From the NCBI GenBank assembly GCA_964480775.1, contig CAYZRF010000008.1, forward strand, positions 36,642 to 68,641: 32,000 nucleotides of DNA, in the 5' to 3' direction. A program made the position numbers and the translations under genes. This stretch comes from an uncultured Nitrososphaerota archaeon. GTDB lineage: Archaea; Korarchaeota; Korarchaeia; Korarchaeales; Korarchaeaceae. Below, piece after piece: positions 1 to 9,692 of the stretch. Position 1 is the stretch's first letter; each line of letters starts with the position of its first letter. Under the pieces are notes generated by a model. It was not told where the DNA came from and did no database searches. It was given only the letters and a program-made list of their open reading frames with translations.

Positions 1-791
1 AACCACAGCTCTTTACCATCAGGAGTTATAAAAGGCTGATCCTCATTTTTATCACTGTTTACATTAGAACCAAGATTAATCGGCTTTCCCCATTCGTTGT
101 TGTCTTTTTTACACATCCACAAATCTTTACCCCCATAACCGCCCTGTCTTGATGAGCTAAAGTACAAGGTCCCATCGGGACCTATGTGCATTTCTCCAAC
201 ACCATATTGTAGGTTCAACTGTTCACCAGCGTTCTTCCAAGAAGTCCATCTTCCATTTACATATTTTGCAGTATAAAGGTCCACCTCTCCGTAATTTCCT
301 TTTCTTATAGAGCAGAACCAAAGCGTATCACCTTGCACAAAGGGACAACCGTCAAGGGACACATCATCACTCAAGACAATTCTCTCAGGTTCAAGCCAAA
401 TTCCGTCAACCTTTCTAGTCCACCAAATTCCAGTAACACCATCAATCAGTTGTTTTTCAGGGGGTACATTCACATCTGGAGTGAAGAAAAAGAACAGAGT
501 TCTTCCATCTGGCGTTATAAAAGGAGAATCCTCGGCACCTGCCGTATTTATAGGACTTCCAATTGGTATTGGATTTTCCCACTCATCATAATGGATGATT
601 GGTGGGAAAAAGTCTGTTTCTGGCGACATTTTAATCGCATCCTTAGGTATAGCCTTCTCCCTATTTGAAGCCTTTTCCTGAGTTGTTGAATATTTTTTCT
701 TTGTTCTCATTAAGATAAATCCAATAATTACTATTGTTAGTAAGATTATGGCATAAACAAGGGGTTTTTTACTATTTGTAGCATTGGTCAA
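1..791 (-). CDS. TolB-like beta-propeller (PD40/WD40-like repeat) protein with N-terminal membrane anchor; partial, 3' end runs off the window
   Basis: Absent from the ORF track because it has no stop inside the window. My minus-strand translation from TTG (791..789) reads TNATNSKKPLVYAIILLTIVIIGFILMRTKKK (TM anchor), then AEDSPFITPDGRTLFFF, GEMHIGPDGTLYFSS and NEDQPFITPDGKELW. These are repeated PD40-type signatures. The frame stays open to position 1. Confidence 0.65.
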   Translation of the reverse strand, partial: MTNATNSKKPLVYAIILLTIVIIGFILMRTKKKYSTTQEKASNREKAIPKDAIKMSPETDFFPPIIHYDEWENPIPIGSPINTAGAEDSPFITPDGRTLFFFFTPDVNVPPEKQLIDGVTGIWWTRKVDGIWLEPERIVLSDDVSLDGCPFVQGDTLWFCSIRKGNYGEVDLYTAKYVNGRWTSWKNAGEQLNLQYGVGEMHIGPDGTLYFSSSRQGGYGGKDLWMCKKDNNEWGKPINLGSNVNSDKNEDQPFITPDGKELW

Positions 792-1006
792 CTCTAACTC
801 TTCAAGCCCGAGTATATTGGTTGAATATAATGCCTTGCAAATTGAGTTATAACAGTGGTTAGACCAATGATTCAGGGCTAATTCTGATAGATTTTGGATT
901 TTAGAACTTAAAAAACAACAGTTATTGGAGGAGTCAACATATTTTACGTGTTGAGTCTTGGACAAACTTAAATCTCACAGGTTCAGTTTGATAAGGGCCA
1001 TAAGTT

Positions 1007-2422
1007 ATGAGTATGCAGATTACTGAGTTAATCGATAAAGCTATCCAACATGCACTGGAAATAGGAGTCGATTTCGTTGAAGTGAGAGGAGAGGATACAA
1101 TAACTGGAGAAATAAGGGCCGTGAATGAGGAAATACGTATAGTTTCGAAGATGCGCAACATAGGAATTGGTGTGAGGGTTTTTTGTGAGAAAGGGGTAGG
1201 TTTCTCCTTTTCAAACGTCTTGGATAAGGAAAACATCTTCCGTACAGTAACGACTGCTCTTAAGATAGCTAGGGCTTCTAAAAAGAGGACTTTGATCAAA
1301 TTAGACATGGCTGAAGTTGAAACAACTGTGATGAACAAGCATACGTCAGTTTGTAAACACCCAAAAGATATTTCGCTTGATGAAAAGAAAGATTTATGCT
1401 TGAGACTGTGCAAAACTGCTAGAAAACTGAGTAGTCGTGTAGCAAATGTTACCAGCTCATTTATGGAATACCACGGCAGGCTCTATTATGCAAACAGCGA
1501 GGGAACTAAGGTCTCTTATGAGCCACTTTTAGTAGGATTAGGGATTACATGTACCGCTAAGGAAGGAGAAACCATTGTTGATGCTAGGGACAGACATGGT
1601 GGCTCTTTTGGACTCAGTGTGTTTGAGGAAGAGGCTTACATGCCTGAAAAAATGGCAGAAAATGCCGTAAAGTGGGCATTAGAGAAACTTAACGCAAAAA
1701 CAGCCCCGGCTGGGCGATTTTCCGCCCTTATTGATCCAAGACTTGCCGGGGTTCTTGCACATGAATCTTTTGGCCATTTGTCTGAGGCCGACATGGTGGT
1801 TGTGGGTACATCTCCCTTGACTGGTAAAATTGGCCAGCCGCTAGGTTCTGAGATAGTAACTATAATTGATGAAGGCTTACCCGAGAAAGGAGGTTACAAG
1901 ATATATTTTGACGATGAAGGGGTAACCTGTCGAAGGGTTGAAATTCTAAAGAGAGGGATACTGAATTATTACCTGCACAGCAGGGAAACCGCAAAAGCCT
2001 TGAAGATGAGGCCCACAGGAAATGCCAGAAGTCAAGATTACTCCTTCGAGCCAATTGTAAGAATGAGAAACACCTATTTTGATGCTGGAGAATGGAAACC
2101 TGAGGAGGCCCTTAGCGAGATCAAACGTGGAATATATGCAATAGACACTGCTGGCGGACAGGTTGAGGCCACTGGTACTTTCCTATTCAAGGCTGTTAGA
2201 GGGTATTGGGTTGAAAAGGGAGAACTAAAATATCCTTTGCGAGATGTTGCTCTGACAGGAAACATCTTTGAACTACTCAAAAAAGTCGATGCGGTATGCA
2301 ATGACTTAGAAATTTCTAGTACTCCCTTTGGGGGATGCGGAAAGATGGATCAAAGGGTCTTCGTGGGGACAGGGGGGCCTCACATTAGAGTGAGTGAAGT
2401 TCTCTTCGGGGGTGCTCGTTAG
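1007..2422 (+). CDS. tldD: TldD-family metalloprotease
   Basis: 471 aa. HESFGH (HExxxH) zinc motif and a Gly-rich C-terminal GGCGK...GGP core typical of TldD. Stop TAG abuts the ATG of the PmbA partner. Start could instead be ATG at 1013 (MQITEL). Confidence 0.85.
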   Translation: MSMQITELIDKAIQHALEIGVDFVEVRGEDTITGEIRAVNEEIRIVSKMRNIGIGVRVFCEKGVGFSFSNVLDKENIFRTVTTALKIARASKKRTLIKLDMAEVETTVMNKHTSVCKHPKDISLDEKKDLCLRLCKTARKLSSRVANVTSSFMEYHGRLYYANSEGTKVSYEPLLVGLGITCTAKEGETIVDARDRHGGSFGLSVFEEEAYMPEKMAENAVKWALEKLNAKTAPAGRFSALIDPRLAGVLAHESFGHLSEADMVVVGTSPLTGKIGQPLGSEIVTIIDEGLPEKGGYKIYFDDEGVTCRRVEILKRGILNYYLHSRETAKALKMRPTGNARSQDYSFEPIVRMRNTYFDAGEWKPEEALSEIKRGIYAIDTAGGQVEATGTFLFKAVRGYWVEKGELKYPLRDVALTGNIFELLKKVDAVCNDLEISSTPFGGCGKMDQRVFVGTGGPHIRVSEVLFGGAR

Positions 2423-3868
2423 ATGCAAAAATTATTAGAAATAGGCAACAGAGCTATAAACTACGCTGAAAATCTTGGGGTCGATGAAATTGAGATTTTT
2501 CTTTATCTAGAAAAAGGTATCTCCTTAAAGTTCGTTAGTGGGATCTTTGTTTCAAGAGGAGGGAATATAAAAGGAATAAAGGGTTCTTTAGCCAAAATAG
2601 CGGAGCCGTGGATTAAGAAAAAAGGTATGCCATTTATTACAAGCGGAACAAGAGCGGGAGTTGGTATTAGAGCCATAATAAACAAGTCAATAGGATTTTC
2701 CAGTGTTTCAAGCTTGGAAGAGAAGAAAGTCTTTGATGCTATAGAAGAAGCGGTAAATATAGCTAGAATACGGCCTTCTGATCCCAATTGGGTCTCTTTA
2801 CCTGAGCCTAAGAAGGCGTTAGGTCAAAGCGGTACATTTGATAAGAGAATTACTGAATTAAAAGCCGACGAGCTGTTGAACTTGTGTGTTGACAGCTGTG
2901 TTACAGCGGGCGATGTTGATAAGAGGATTACGCAAGCGATGGCAATGATCTCTGCTAGATCCGTTCACTTTGGTATTGTAAATTCTCATGGCATAGAGGC
3001 TAGCGATAAAGGTACGTTTTTCACTGCGTTTATTGGTACAAAAGCCAGGTCAGGAGAGGAAGAGGCATCAGGAAGCGATCAACTATTTTCAAGGAATCTT
3101 AGTATGAATTTACGAGAAATCGCAATTAGTGCTGCTGAAAGAGCTGTTGAGTCCCTATATAAAAGAACCTTAAGCGAGAAATATGTCGGTCCAGTATTAT
3201 TTGAGAACATAAGCTGGTATCAACTTTTCTCAGCTATCTTCACTCACGGAATTTCTGCCCTGAACGCTCAAGAGAACCGCTCGGTCTACAAAGGAAAAAT
3301 AGGCGAAAAGGTTGCTAAGGAAGATCTGTCGGTTCTAGATGATGGAAGGCTTCCAAATGGCTTTGGAACAAGTGCCGTAGATGACGAGGGTTGCCCGAAG
3401 CAGAGAACCTTAATAATTGAGAAGGGAGAGCTTCGAAGCTTTCTATACGATAATTACTCTGCAAAAAGAGAAGATCGAGAGAGCACAGGAAATGCAAGCA
3501 GACAGAGGTTCTATGGGGCGCCTAGCTACGCTAACCAGCCAACAATAAAACCATCAAACCTCATTTTAGTCCCAGGAAAGGGCAGTCTAGAAGATTTGAT
3601 GGGAGAGATAAAGGAGGGTATACTAATCAAGGGTCCACTGATTGGCGCCTTACACTCAAATGTTTTGACGGGAGATTTTTCCGTAACTTCCAATAATGCG
3701 TTTAAGATAGAAAATGGAGGGATAGCTTACCCTATTAAACCCTGTACTGTTGCTGGAAATCTCTACAAAGCCTTAAATTCTATCATGACTATAGGGGGTG
3801 ATCTTAGGTGTTTCGGAAACTTTATTTGTCCATCGATAATCGTAGAGGGAATCGTTGTTACAGCATAA
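2423..3868 (+). CDS. pmbA: PmbA/TldE-family protein, non-catalytic partner of TldD
   Basis: 481 aa. Same fold-level pattern as the upstream gene (N-terminal LGVDEIEI, C-terminal GDFS...GG) but no HExxxH motif. There is 0 nt between the tldD stop and this ATG. Confidence 0.8.
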   Translation: MQKLLEIGNRAINYAENLGVDEIEIFLYLEKGISLKFVSGIFVSRGGNIKGIKGSLAKIAEPWIKKKGMPFITSGTRAGVGIRAIINKSIGFSSVSSLEEKKVFDAIEEAVNIARIRPSDPNWVSLPEPKKALGQSGTFDKRITELKADELLNLCVDSCVTAGDVDKRITQAMAMISARSVHFGIVNSHGIEASDKGTFFTAFIGTKARSGEEEASGSDQLFSRNLSMNLREIAISAAERAVESLYKRTLSEKYVGPVLFENISWYQLFSAIFTHGISALNAQENRSVYKGKIGEKVAKEDLSVLDDGRLPNGFGTSAVDDEGCPKQRTLIIEKGELRSFLYDNYSAKREDRESTGNASRQRFYGAPSYANQPTIKPSNLILVPGKGSLEDLMGEIKEGILIKGPLIGALHSNVLTGDFSVTSNNAFKIENGGIAYPIKPCTVAGNLYKALNSIMTIGGDLRCFGNFICPSIIVEGIVVTA

Positions 3869-4106
3869 ATTCCTCTACTTATGTTAAATGAAGTATCTTT
3901 ACTTCTGCTACTATAGCGATTGAGAATATCTTGCCTTGCATGAGATCTCTAAAAGCATCCCATGAATAGACATTGAAAAATGGATTGAGTTTTCAACTGC
4001 CCTAGTAATCCAGAGAGGTACTTAGAGTTTGTTAAGTTCGATGTAATGAGTCCTAGGTAATAATGTATTTAAAATATCCAGTGCTTATCTGGTTGTAGAC
4101 TTGAAA

Positions 4107-4544
4107 ATGATTGAAGACATGTTAGAAGATTTACCTGATAACGTCGCCATTAAATTGGCCCAAAGGATCCTTAGAGACGAGTTGGACAGAATTAGAAGGG
4201 TGTTCCCCTACTATCTTATTATGATAATCATTCTTTATCTAGGAATCTTCTTCGTTCGCTCTGATATTTTGAAAGTCTTCTTAAGCCTTTATCTTATAAT
4301 CATAGGCTTCTTCTATTTTGTAAGGTTGGATAGGGAGCTTAGAAAAGCAAACTATTGGATAGAATATGTCTCCTTTATATCATCCGAGAAGGAGAGGAAG
4401 AAAAAGGTTCCTTTAAAGGCAGCTCTTAGGGAAACAGTTTCGTTGACTAGAGATCTTGAAAATCTTTGGAGAGTAAGTTCGCTATTTCTGTTCTTGTTCA
4501 TGGCGCTTCTAGCTCTGTCTCAATACATGACCCTTCTCCGTTAG
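4107..4544 (+). CDS. hypothetical membrane protein (2-3 TM)
   Basis: ORF 4101..4544 in the track starts at TTG; I prefer the ATG at 4107. Hydrophobic stretches YYLIMIIILYLGIFFV, VFLSLYLIIIGFFYFV and SSLFLFLFMALLAL. No recognisable family. Confidence 0.45.
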   Translation: MIEDMLEDLPDNVAIKLAQRILRDELDRIRRVFPYYLIMIIILYLGIFFVRSDILKVFLSLYLIIIGFFYFVRLDRELRKANYWIEYVSFISSEKERKKKVPLKAALRETVSLTRDLENLWRVSSLFLFLFMALLALSQYMTLLR

Positions 4545-4703
4545 TGATAGCCTTAACATCATTCGCTAGGCAATCACACACCGAGAATGCTAAAACTTCA
4601 TCTAGAGGTTTGTTTTTGTACTCTTTGATGGCACAATGCTCGTTGTATTACCAAGGACGATGTTTGGCGTGTATCTTTTAAGATTCTGACCTCTTTATGA
4701 CAA

Positions 4704-4709
4704 GGTGAT
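4704..4709 (+). promoter_or_regulatory. Shine-Dalgarno-like GGTGAT, 6 nt upstream of the flavodiiron ATG; TTTTAAG TATA-like box at 4676-4682
   Basis: Read directly: caaGGTGATttcaacATG. It is complementary to the conserved archaeal/bacterial 16S 3' end. Confidence 0.4.
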
Positions 4710-4715
4710 TTCAAC

Positions 4716-5903
4716 ATGTCTTGGTTTTTGGAAGAGATAGCCGAAGGAGTTACGATGGTCAGAATCCTGAACACTCAATTTAAGAGGTTTGAAAACTTCT
4801 GGCCTATTCCAGACGGAACTTCTTACAATTTCTATGTGATACGAGGATCTGAAGGGGTAGCGCTCATTGACGGTACAGATGAAAGGGTATCTTCCTATTT
4901 TTGGGAGGCACTGAACAAGATCATAGATCCTAAGGAGATAAAGTACGTAGTTATACAACACACAGAGCCTGACCACTCGGGAACAATATCAGAAGTCATG
5001 GAAAGAGCTCCCAATGCTGTTTTGCTCGGAACGAAACAAGCATTGCAGATAGGAGAGAAGTTGGCTGGTTTCCCTTTAAACAGAGCTAGAGAGACCACTG
5101 ATGGAATGGAGATTAGTTTAGGAGATAAGAAGCTCAAGTTCATCCTTACCCCCTTCGTTCACTGGCCAGACACAATGATGACGCTACTTGCAGATGAAAG
5201 CATCCTATTCACATGCGATATGTTCGGATCGCATGGAGCAAGCAAAGCAGTCTATTATGATGAAGATCCAAACGGATTTGATCTTAGAGATTATTATGCC
5301 TCGATATTAATGGTCTACTCCAACATGGTGGCAAGAGCCCTTCGGATAGTAAAAGAGATACAACCAAAAGTTATAGCACCATCGCATGGTGCCGTTCACA
5401 GAGATGTATCCGTTCCAATTAAGGTTTATGATAGATGGACGTCGTGGAGACCCATGAAAAAGGCTTTAATCGTCGTTGGCAGCCAGTACGAAAGGGTTAC
5501 GAGGTTAGCTGAAGCAGCTGCAGAAGGAATTGTCCAAAGCGGATTGGACCCCATTATAATGGACGCTGCAGAGGCAGATCCTGATGATTTATTAGCAGAG
5601 ACGCTAGAGGCCGCCGCATTGCTTGTTGCTACGAGCACACACAATGGGAGGCCTTTTCTTGGGATAACATTTTATCTAGATCTTCTTGAAGAATACAAAC
5701 CTAGAAATAAGGTTGCAGCAATTATCGGAACCTACGGGTGGTCTAACGTTGTGCTTAAAACTGTTAGACAGAGGCTTGAGGGAATAAAAATACCCGTTGT
5801 TAAGGAATTGCCTGTAAGAGGAACCCCGATTGATGAGGAAATTAGAATGGCAAAAGAGTTAGGAAAAAGCTTAGGTAAGGAAGCATCTAAGCTCTTAGAG
5901 TAA
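4716..5903 (+). CDS. fprA: flavodiiron protein (metallo-beta-lactamase-like di-iron domain plus flavodoxin-like domain), O2/NO reductase type
   Basis: 395 aa. HTEPDHSG (H-x-E-x-D-H di-iron motif). The C-terminal about 140 aa has a flavodoxin-like beta-alpha pattern (KALIVVGSQYERVTRLAEAAAEG). Length is typical of class A FDPs. Confidence 0.78.
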   Translation: MSWFLEEIAEGVTMVRILNTQFKRFENFWPIPDGTSYNFYVIRGSEGVALIDGTDERVSSYFWEALNKIIDPKEIKYVVIQHTEPDHSGTISEVMERAPNAVLLGTKQALQIGEKLAGFPLNRARETTDGMEISLGDKKLKFILTPFVHWPDTMMTLLADESILFTCDMFGSHGASKAVYYDEDPNGFDLRDYYASILMVYSNMVARALRIVKEIQPKVIAPSHGAVHRDVSVPIKVYDRWTSWRPMKKALIVVGSQYERVTRLAEAAAEGIVQSGLDPIIMDAAEADPDDLLAETLEAAALLVATSTHNGRPFLGITFYLDLLEEYKPRNKVAAIIGTYGWSNVVLKTVRQRLEGIKIPVVKELPVRGTPIDEEIRMAKELGKSLGKEASKLLE

Positions 5904-5971
5904 AATATCAACGCAAATATTAGATCTTACGCTTGACTTTCTGATGGGCTGAATATACAAATACAAAGGTC

Positions 5972-7423
5972 TTACTTTCTCTTTTTCCTTTCGTACTTCT
6001 TTCTAAGTTCCTTATAGGTTTCTTTGCTTATTCTGCCTTCCTTTAACGCCATCTCAAGTTTTCTTATTTTCTCGTCCATTTCTTCTGCAGTAGTAGGCTT
6101 CATGCTTTTCTTCTGCATAATGAAAATGGCCGCAATTACAACGAGACCTATGATAATACCAGCACCTATTATTAAGGGATAAATTCCCTGAGATGGTTGA
6201 GGTGTAGCAGGAGGAGTCGTTGGAGCTGTTGGAGCGGATGTAGGAGGCGGCGAAGCAGAGGGAGTTGCTGACGGGGTCGGTTGCTGAGTTGGCGGTGGTG
6301 ATGGAGTTTCGCTTGAGCTACCTATGGACCTTCCCATTAGTTGTGGACATCCTCCATCTCCCTTCCAACAATGATAAGCTATGTTTAACAATTGAACGAA
6401 TTCTCCAGTCGCTTTAATGTGACCTGCTGCAGATGGATGATTGTCTGGTTGCCCATCCCAATAGGTAGGATAAGCAAGGAAGTTATTTGGATAACCTATT
6501 ATGTGTTGAACTTGCCCGTTCCAATATCTGTGGTGGTTTCCTGATTCTGCTCCAAGGTCATTGGTGTTTGGATCTCCACCGTTTGAAGTTAAGACGTTAT
6601 AATAGTCAAAGACGAATACGTTGTTATACGGATAATTGTCCAGCCAGTGGTAAACTAACCAGCTGTTTATCGCTCTGAGTTTCGCTGCCATATCTGGATC
6701 TACAGCCTGATCATGGGATGGTGGCGTCGTTATCAAGACGAACATCTTGTCCTGTCTTGTTGCGAAGTAATCTAGAAGATCCCTGTAAAGGCCCTTAATG
6801 TTGCTAACTGTATAATAATTAGCTCCACTACACTGGGGATCATCGCAAAGGCCTTTTCCCCAAAGCGGATTTGGCTGACCTTTGGGGAGAGGTGGATCAT
6901 CAGGGTTACCTAGTATGTACTGACCGCTAGAAAAGCAGGACTTAAACATTATTATGACGTTTTCTCCCCCAGGATCTGGAATGGAGTTCTCACCCGTGGT
7001 GTAGCTGGATGTGTAGAGAGCCTGGAGGTATGTATCCCTGTGTGGTCCCAAGAACCAGTTGTACCAGTGTCCTATATCCGTGTGATATCCTATCGGGTTC
7101 CCATCATTAACATCCAAGTCAGGTGGACCCCAGTCATAGTTTGTTTCGGTGACATAGTAGTTGTTCTGGTTTAGTGCCTCCCTAAGGCCGCCTATGTTCA
7201 ACCAATCCTCGCCAGTTGAGTGGTGAATGAAGACCAATCTCACCGTAGTAGATGGAGGATTTGGGTTTAGGGGCTTTATTGGGCTAGAAAAGAGTATCTC
7301 GGCTGATGATATAGAAGAAAATGCTAATAATACTATAACTGTGACTGAAAGAAGGCCTATGCGCTTGGATCTTATAGTTTCCAAGGAACATACGCCTCTA
7401 AATTTCCTTAGAAAGAGTTCCAT
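5972..7423 (-). CDS. secreted, C-terminally membrane-anchored protein of unknown function (globular domain, Pro/Thr/Ser linker, TM, Lys-rich SHOCT-like cytoplasmic tail)
   Basis: 483 aa. Signal-peptide-like N-terminus RSKRIGLLSVTVIVLLAFSSISSA. The globular part has VFIHHSTGEDWL and IIMFKSCF motifs. Linker at aa 369-413, TM at aa 414-436, tail EEMDEKIRKLEMALKEGRISKETYKELRKKYERKKRK. Confidence 0.7.
   Translation of the reverse strand: MELFLRKFRGVCSLETIRSKRIGLLSVTVIVLLAFSSISSAEILFSSPIKPLNPNPPSTTVRLVFIHHSTGEDWLNIGGLREALNQNNYYVTETNYDWGPPDLDVNDGNPIGYHTDIGHWYNWFLGPHRDTYLQALYTSSYTTGENSIPDPGGENVIIMFKSCFSSGQYILGNPDDPPLPKGQPNPLWGKGLCDDPQCSGANYYTVSNIKGLYRDLLDYFATRQDKMFVLITTPPSHDQAVDPDMAAKLRAINSWLVYHWLDNYPYNNVFVFDYYNVLTSNGGDPNTNDLGAESGNHHRYWNGQVQHIIGYPNNFLAYPTYWDGQPDNHPSAAGHIKATGEFVQLLNIAYHCWKGDGGCPQLMGRSIGSSSETPSPPPTQQPTPSATPSASPPPTSAPTAPTTPPATPQPSQGIYPLIIGAGIIIGLVVIAAIFIMQKKSMKPTTAEEMDEKIRKLEMALKEGRISKETYKELRKKYERKKRK
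6185..6319 (-). other. low-complexity Pro/Thr/Ser/Ala linker-coding segment inside the surface protein gene
   Basis: Encodes SSSETPSPPPTQQPTPSATPSASPPPTSAPTAPTTPPATPQPSQG. The composition is typical of O-glycosylated stalks of archaeal surface proteins. Confidence 0.6.
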
Positions 7424-7714
7424 CGGAACTTACTCTAAAAAGTTTAGGTGTGAATAGCCTGTTTGAAGAGTGACAAATTCAGACTCTCCATGATTAAATC
7501 CCTGCTTGTTTTTGCTAATGGTGCTATCTTACCAGCCACGTCAGGTCGTCTCCCAAAGCTTCTATTTCATTAAGATCCAAGATTTTTCTACTATGTCTTC
7601 AACCAGAAATTCTATTTGTAGATCAAATCCTTAGTCTTTCTGCTCAAACATTTTGATTATGCCTCTTTACATCCAACATCTTTTTCTCATGCACTCAATC
7701 TGCCATCGGCTTTT

Positions 7715-8128
7715 TCATTCTTTAACTAGGAATCGAATAATTACATATGCTGGTAGCGCCCACGACATAAACCAACAAAGAGAACTAACTAGAACGGCGG
7801 CCAGTAACTCAAGGCGCGACATCTCGATTTCTCCCAATATTGCTTGAACCCAATTGGGTCTAATCCATGTGAACTCGAGCATATAGCCTAGAACCCATGA
7901 ATATGCCCCAATTATCTTTGGATTATTTTCTTTTTTGAGGAAAATTCCTACACCGAGAATACAATAGAGAACCCAGAAGAAGAGGGCTCCTGCCCACATG
8001 TAATTGGTGATGTAATCATAATACCTTACATCCAAGGCCATTGGTGCACATATAATTTCTATAGACATTGTAAAAAGAGACCCTACAAGCACGAAGATAC
8101 CAACAACAGTCATAGTCTCTTTCTTCAT
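7715..8128 (-). CDS. hypothetical 4-TM membrane protein
   Basis: The track ORF 7715..8134 begins at TTG; the ATG at 8128 gives MKKETMTVVGIFVLVGSLF. Four hydrophobic segments. No family recognised. Confidence 0.5.
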   Translation of the reverse strand: MKKETMTVVGIFVLVGSLFTMSIEIICAPMALDVRYYDYITNYMWAGALFFWVLYCILGVGIFLKKENNPKIIGAYSWVLGYMLEFTWIRPNWVQAILGEIEMSRLELLAAVLVSSLCWFMSWALPAYVIIRFLVKE

Positions 8129-8332
8129 ATCCAATGTTTATCATTATGGGTCTTTAAGAACTATTACTAAAGAATTAGCCCGACAATGGTGAAAGAAGAG
8201 ATCGTTGTGACTATTTTTCTTTGGCTTTGGGATTATAGCGTTCTTCGGAGGTTGAATTTTGATTTCAGAAAAGCTCTTCTAGCAACATTCTAGAGGGGAA
8301 ACGGACAAATGGTCTCTTAACTCTCTTCTACA

Positions 8333-8346
8333 AGTAAAAAAGATAA
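8333..8346 (-). terminator. oligo-T tract (TATCTTTTTTAC on the minus strand) just downstream of the MBL-fold gene stop
   Basis: The A6 run on the plus strand at 8336-8341 is a T6 run on the coding strand, about 8 nt past the stop at 8349. Archaeal terminators are oligo-T tracts. Confidence 0.3.
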
Positions 8347-8348
8347 TT

Positions 8349-9692
8349 CTACATCAAACCTATCTCTGATTGAATTTCTCTCAACTTTGACTTAACTTCT
8401 TTATCATCTACCATGCTAACTCTCCAAAAAACATCCGGAACAGAAATGCCCTCATATAATACGCCCGATGGAATTGACCTTGCCCTGTCTGCTGGGTAAA
8501 CAGGGACCTCGTATCCTATCCAATCTCTCATTTCCTCTTTGATCATCCTCAAGGAGAACTTGTATATTGGATCCTTTTCAGTGCCTCCAAAAGACATTAA
8601 GATGTCAATTGCTGTCTCAACAGCCTCTCTGTTGATTTCTGGGGTTTCGGCTTCTCTAACTTTTCTCTTGAGGTATGAGAGAGAAACATACTGCTCCGAT
8701 GGAAGATGAGTTAAGTATACAGCCTTAACTCTTAATCCAAGGTCGGAGAGAGCTTCAGCTACGTAAGGAGCTTGAAACACAGAAGGATATGTATTGTGCT
8801 GTCTGAAAATCCCTCCCATCACAAAAAGCTCTACTTTCTGGCTTTCCAGCATTTTGAGATTCGGCAACATGTCTTCTATAGGTAAAAATGACCCGTCCCT
8901 TGTCTCAGCTCCGTCACTCATGAAGATGTACGCTGTATCCTTGTGTTCAAGTGAAACTGATATTGGAGGCTCCGGAGGGCTATGAGGTGCCTCTCCAAGG
9001 CACATGAATCTGAACTCTCCATCTCTTAACTCGACCTCTGAGAATTGCTCTCTAAGTTTCTCAGTGGATGGGTCAATCCATTGAACCCGCCTCCCCTTCT
9101 CTGGCGCCATGTACCTGATTAGATCCTTTACATCCCTTCCTATTCTTTGACTGTAGACGATGGATCCTGCAACTGCAAGCAATAAGCTTTTTCTCGATGC
9201 AAAAATGTGCTTGAGCTTCCAGCCATTGGTCGAGTTGATCAGACCCGGTAGGCATCTTGGCGAATGATCTTCGTGGGGGTGGCTGTATATTGCGTACCAT
9301 GAGCTGAGTTCTTCCATGTCGAAAATGCAGGAAAAGTTTGGAGGTAAGACAGTATCGTGCATGACAATGGTGGCACAGGGAGAAGGGATCAAAACTACAG
9401 CAGTAGTTGGAGGCGAAGCCCAACCGAATCGGTCAAGACTTTTGCCACAAGATCCGGGAATTATGACCCTTGAAACACCTTCTGGATCTTTAATCCACTT
9501 CTTTAAGTAGTTAAATAACTTCAAGAGTTGAATTTGACTTATTCTGGCGAAGAGAAAGGGAGAATTTTCATAAATTATCGAACTAAGGGCCTTCCCACTC
9601 CCTGAGGTAACCACCAGATGCCTTATGGCCTTATCAAGCGGAAGGAACTTTCTAAGAAGGTCAATAGCTTTCTTTTCATCCACAATAGTCAA
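8349..9692 (-). CDS. metallo-beta-lactamase-fold protein with unassigned N- and C-terminal extensions
   Basis: 447 aa. HPHEDH (HxHxDH) followed by SPRCLPGL, resembling the THxHxDHxGxLP context of beta-CASP/RNase-type MBLs. Later D/H candidates are FMSDGAETRD and AVYLTHLP. TTG start is preceded by GAGGT (cttGAGGTttTTG). Confidence 0.65.
   Translation of the reverse strand: MTIVDEKKAIDLLRKFLPLDKAIRHLVVTSGSGKALSSIIYENSPFLFARISQIQLLKLFNYLKKWIKDPEGVSRVIIPGSCGKSLDRFGWASPPTTAVVLIPSPCATIVMHDTVLPPNFSCIFDMEELSSWYAIYSHPHEDHSPRCLPGLINSTNGWKLKHIFASRKSLLLAVAGSIVYSQRIGRDVKDLIRYMAPEKGRRVQWIDPSTEKLREQFSEVELRDGEFRFMCLGEAPHSPPEPPISVSLEHKDTAYIFMSDGAETRDGSFLPIEDMLPNLKMLESQKVELFVMGGIFRQHNTYPSVFQAPYVAEALSDLGLRVKAVYLTHLPSEQYVSLSYLKRKVREAETPEINREAVETAIDILMSFGGTEKDPIYKFSLRMIKEEMRDWIGYEVPVYPADRARSIPSGVLYEGISVPDVFWRVSMVDDKEVKSKLREIQSEIGLM

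Noticed and set aside
333-668. 111-aa plus-strand ORF from the track
   Set aside because: It lies entirely antisense to the much longer PD40-repeat reading frame (1-791, minus strand). Its sequence has no protein-like features.
934-1413. 159-aa minus-strand ORF overlapping the 5' part of tldD. The same applies to 1860-2054, 2074-2301, 2503-2787 and 3315-3497.
   Set aside because: These are antisense shadows of the well-supported TldD/PmbA genes. They are low-complexity and lack motifs.
9588-9608. P-loop-like TSGSGKA near the N-terminus of the MBL-fold protein
   Set aside because: It does not fit GxxxxGK[ST]: Ala follows Lys and the glycine spacing is wrong. No Walker B candidate follows.
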